Assembly: GCA_002633005.1 (NCBI GenBank)
Contig: NMRA01000139.1
Span: forward strand, 558,001 to 622,000
Direction of reading: 5' to 3'
Length of the DNA stretch: 64,000 bases
Origin: Phoronis australis
Lineage: Eukaryota > Animalia > Phoronida
Shown piece by piece: positions 61,701-64,000 of the stretch. The position numbers and the translations under genes were made by a program. Position 1 is the first letter of the stretch, and each line of letters opens with the position of its first letter. The notes beneath the pieces were generated by a model, which had not been told where the DNA came from, made no database searches, and saw nothing but the letters and a program-made list of their open reading frames with translations.

Positions 61701-63436
61701 CAGTACACGTTCTGACTCAGGTGAATTAACATTTCAAATTTACACGCATGTCTGCGGTGTAGCTTAATCATAGGTCCGTGCCGTAAAAACACCTACTTAC
61801 TTCGCAGACATAATGTCGACTCTTTCGAAGCGTCTTTGATGGAATTGAATTGTTTACACTAAATCACCTGGAATTCTCTTGACCGCCACTCTGGCTTGCC
61901 GGTAGAAACTAATGCGCCGTGACAACCAGCTAACGTCTCCGACCTGAAGCTATGACCAGTCAGATCTTCTTAAGGCTAGACGTCATTTCTAACTCCAGTT
62001 AAAACTGACTTTATAGCAATAAAGTTATAGGAGCTCGCCCCGTGCTATTGGCGCAAAAATAATTTCTTTGTCGGACTATGATTGCTTAACTCGGACCAAC
62101 AGGCGCATTAAAATTGGAAACGAAAAATGACAAAAAATTAACATGACCTATAGATCCTCCAAATTAACCCGTAGACTTGAGGCCATGTAGGTCAATTCCC
62201 CTATAATCAGGTTTTTTTCTGAAATGATCCCTGCAATAAGTAACATAAGCTGGAACTTGGCAAAACACGCGTGTTTATTTGCCGTAATGTAAAACCGGTT
62301 CACTTAGTTAAGTTTTTGATTTTTGGACCTCGGAAAAGCGAGTTCAATTTTACTTAAAAAGATACATATTCATCATATCCTGCACAAAAGCTTCAAATTG
62401 GCAAGTCCTTTCTTCTATTCTTCGGTTACCGGTACCGATTAAAAAAATAAAACATAATACAACAGCTTTGGAATCTGACTTTTAGCAGACCCACGTGCAA
62501 TGCGTTTGGGCCGTGTTAAGAAGTGCATTCGACTCGTCGGATGTAACGTCTACGATCTGTAAGCACATGTTTTACACAAACTTTCTAGCCGTGTTAGTGA
62601 ATTAGTCATAGCAAATGTCAGAAGGTACTTTACGTACCTTCAGTGGTTATGCCAAGACTTATCGCTTACTTACAAGAAGCTGCAGAAAATCAATGCCTCC
62701 GTTCATCGAAGTTACATTCTTATAGCAAATATTTTCAAGTCTAGATCCAGCTAGCATACTGCAATTAGTCAGAAAAAGTAATTGGCGTGTTTTTATTTGA
62801 CTTGCCTATTTTACTCGAAAGTCATGAAATATCGGATAAGTTTTGAAGAAGAGGGTACTTAGAATCGCTGAGAGATTTCACGCAACACCGCCTGCGTGTT
62901 ACCATAATCATCAATGCCTCAGTAATTAACTTTTGCGAGTGTAATTGATTCGCCTTGTCATTCCTAATCCCACTGTTGTTGTTTTAAGCTATGCGGGTTA
63001 ACGAATAAGGTGAACAGGTCATCGAATGTGTCACCCCTCATTCACCGACACTCGTCTCATGCGCATTTTCACGTGTTAGAGACGTCTTGCGATGTCAAAT
63101 AACTTGTAAGTTGTTTTTCACCTAATGCGGTTTTACCCAACCATGTAACCGATAGCACTTTTCTAAACCTGAATAAAACAACTGCAACCGGATTCAGCTT
63201 CGAAAGAGTAAGGAAAGTAAGAGATTTTTCCAATTCCTATAATTATGAATCGACTTGTTAATTTCGTTGACAAACTATATCCACATACCCAGCAAGTGAT
63301 CAAGTAGAGATAGTATTAGATGGAGTTAAGGTCTAGATGGTAAACTTACTAACTCTGTCGAGTTAAGAAAAACTCTATCGATGGAGATGTTAAGTTTATC
63401 GATTGAAAAAATATCTCTGGTGATAAGGATAGTACC

Positions 63437-63502
63437 TCTATCGAGTAGATAATGAATCTATCGGTAGTTTATAAGTCTATCGAGTAGATAATGAATCTAT
63501 CG
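63437..63502. repeat. Short direct duplication TCTATCGAGTAGATAATGAATCTATCG in a TATCGA-rich region
   Basis: Two identical 27-bp copies with a 39-bp period. Confidence 0.8.
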
Positions 63503-64000
63503 ACAAAATTCCAAAGCGTTAGTGCAGGGGAAAATTCTCGCGTTAACCTTTAGTAACCACTAAAATGGTTTTGAAATTAAAACAGCACAAAAAACTAATT
63601 ATTGGATTCTTGCACTCTGCGAACACGATGTTTTAATTTACATGTTTGCTTTCGGTTATAAAAACCCTCTGTGTTTCAATTAATACTCGACAGTGCGCCA
63701 TTTGCTGGCCATTTTGTCAAACTGGGTTTGTGCATTTAAATAAAACAGATTTCTGGCAATTGCTGAGCGCGCATTAGCGTTCGTGAGCCTGAAAGCGATA
63801 CAACAAAAACGATCACAATTCGATTTGATCCACGTGAAACGTTTTAGTTAAACTTAATCTGACCAGGCGAACGGCAGGCGCTTGGTGGCACCGGGCGAGA
63901 GTTGTAGATTTTTATACACAATCAACGGTCAGTGCCTCCTATACAAATTAAATTCTCTACGCTATAAATATTGCGTGTCTTGCGGCCAGGTTGAAAAGAC

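Overview
AT-rich (about 38-40% GC by eye) invertebrate metazoan nuclear DNA. One intron-containing gene dominates the + strand: a cation-selective, non-alpha (beta1-like) nicotinic acetylcholine receptor subunit. Its shared exons are 39283-39425, 45735-45779, 50277-50386, 50993-51974 and 52555-52725. The main observation is an array of apparent alternative first exons that the ORF track misses. Three unrelated mini-exons (6906-6975, 22340-22433, 31457-31544) each encode Met plus a complete signal peptide and end in a phase-1 G|GTAAG donor that splices in frame to the acceptor at 39283. A fourth signal peptide is read through that acceptor's own polypyrimidine tract from ATG 39216. All four would give the same mature receptor. 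Intron 2 holds a nested set of Kolobok-like (TTAA) transposons: two THAP + KolX-like deletion derivatives inserted in tandem at the exact axis of a palindromic element. A similar axis-centred nest of a Tc1-like MITE lies at about 10.8-12.0 kb. The rest is MITEs, a degenerate Harbinger element, minisatellites and non-coding DNA; almost all other ORF-track entries look spurious. Everything was read by eye and no database search was run.
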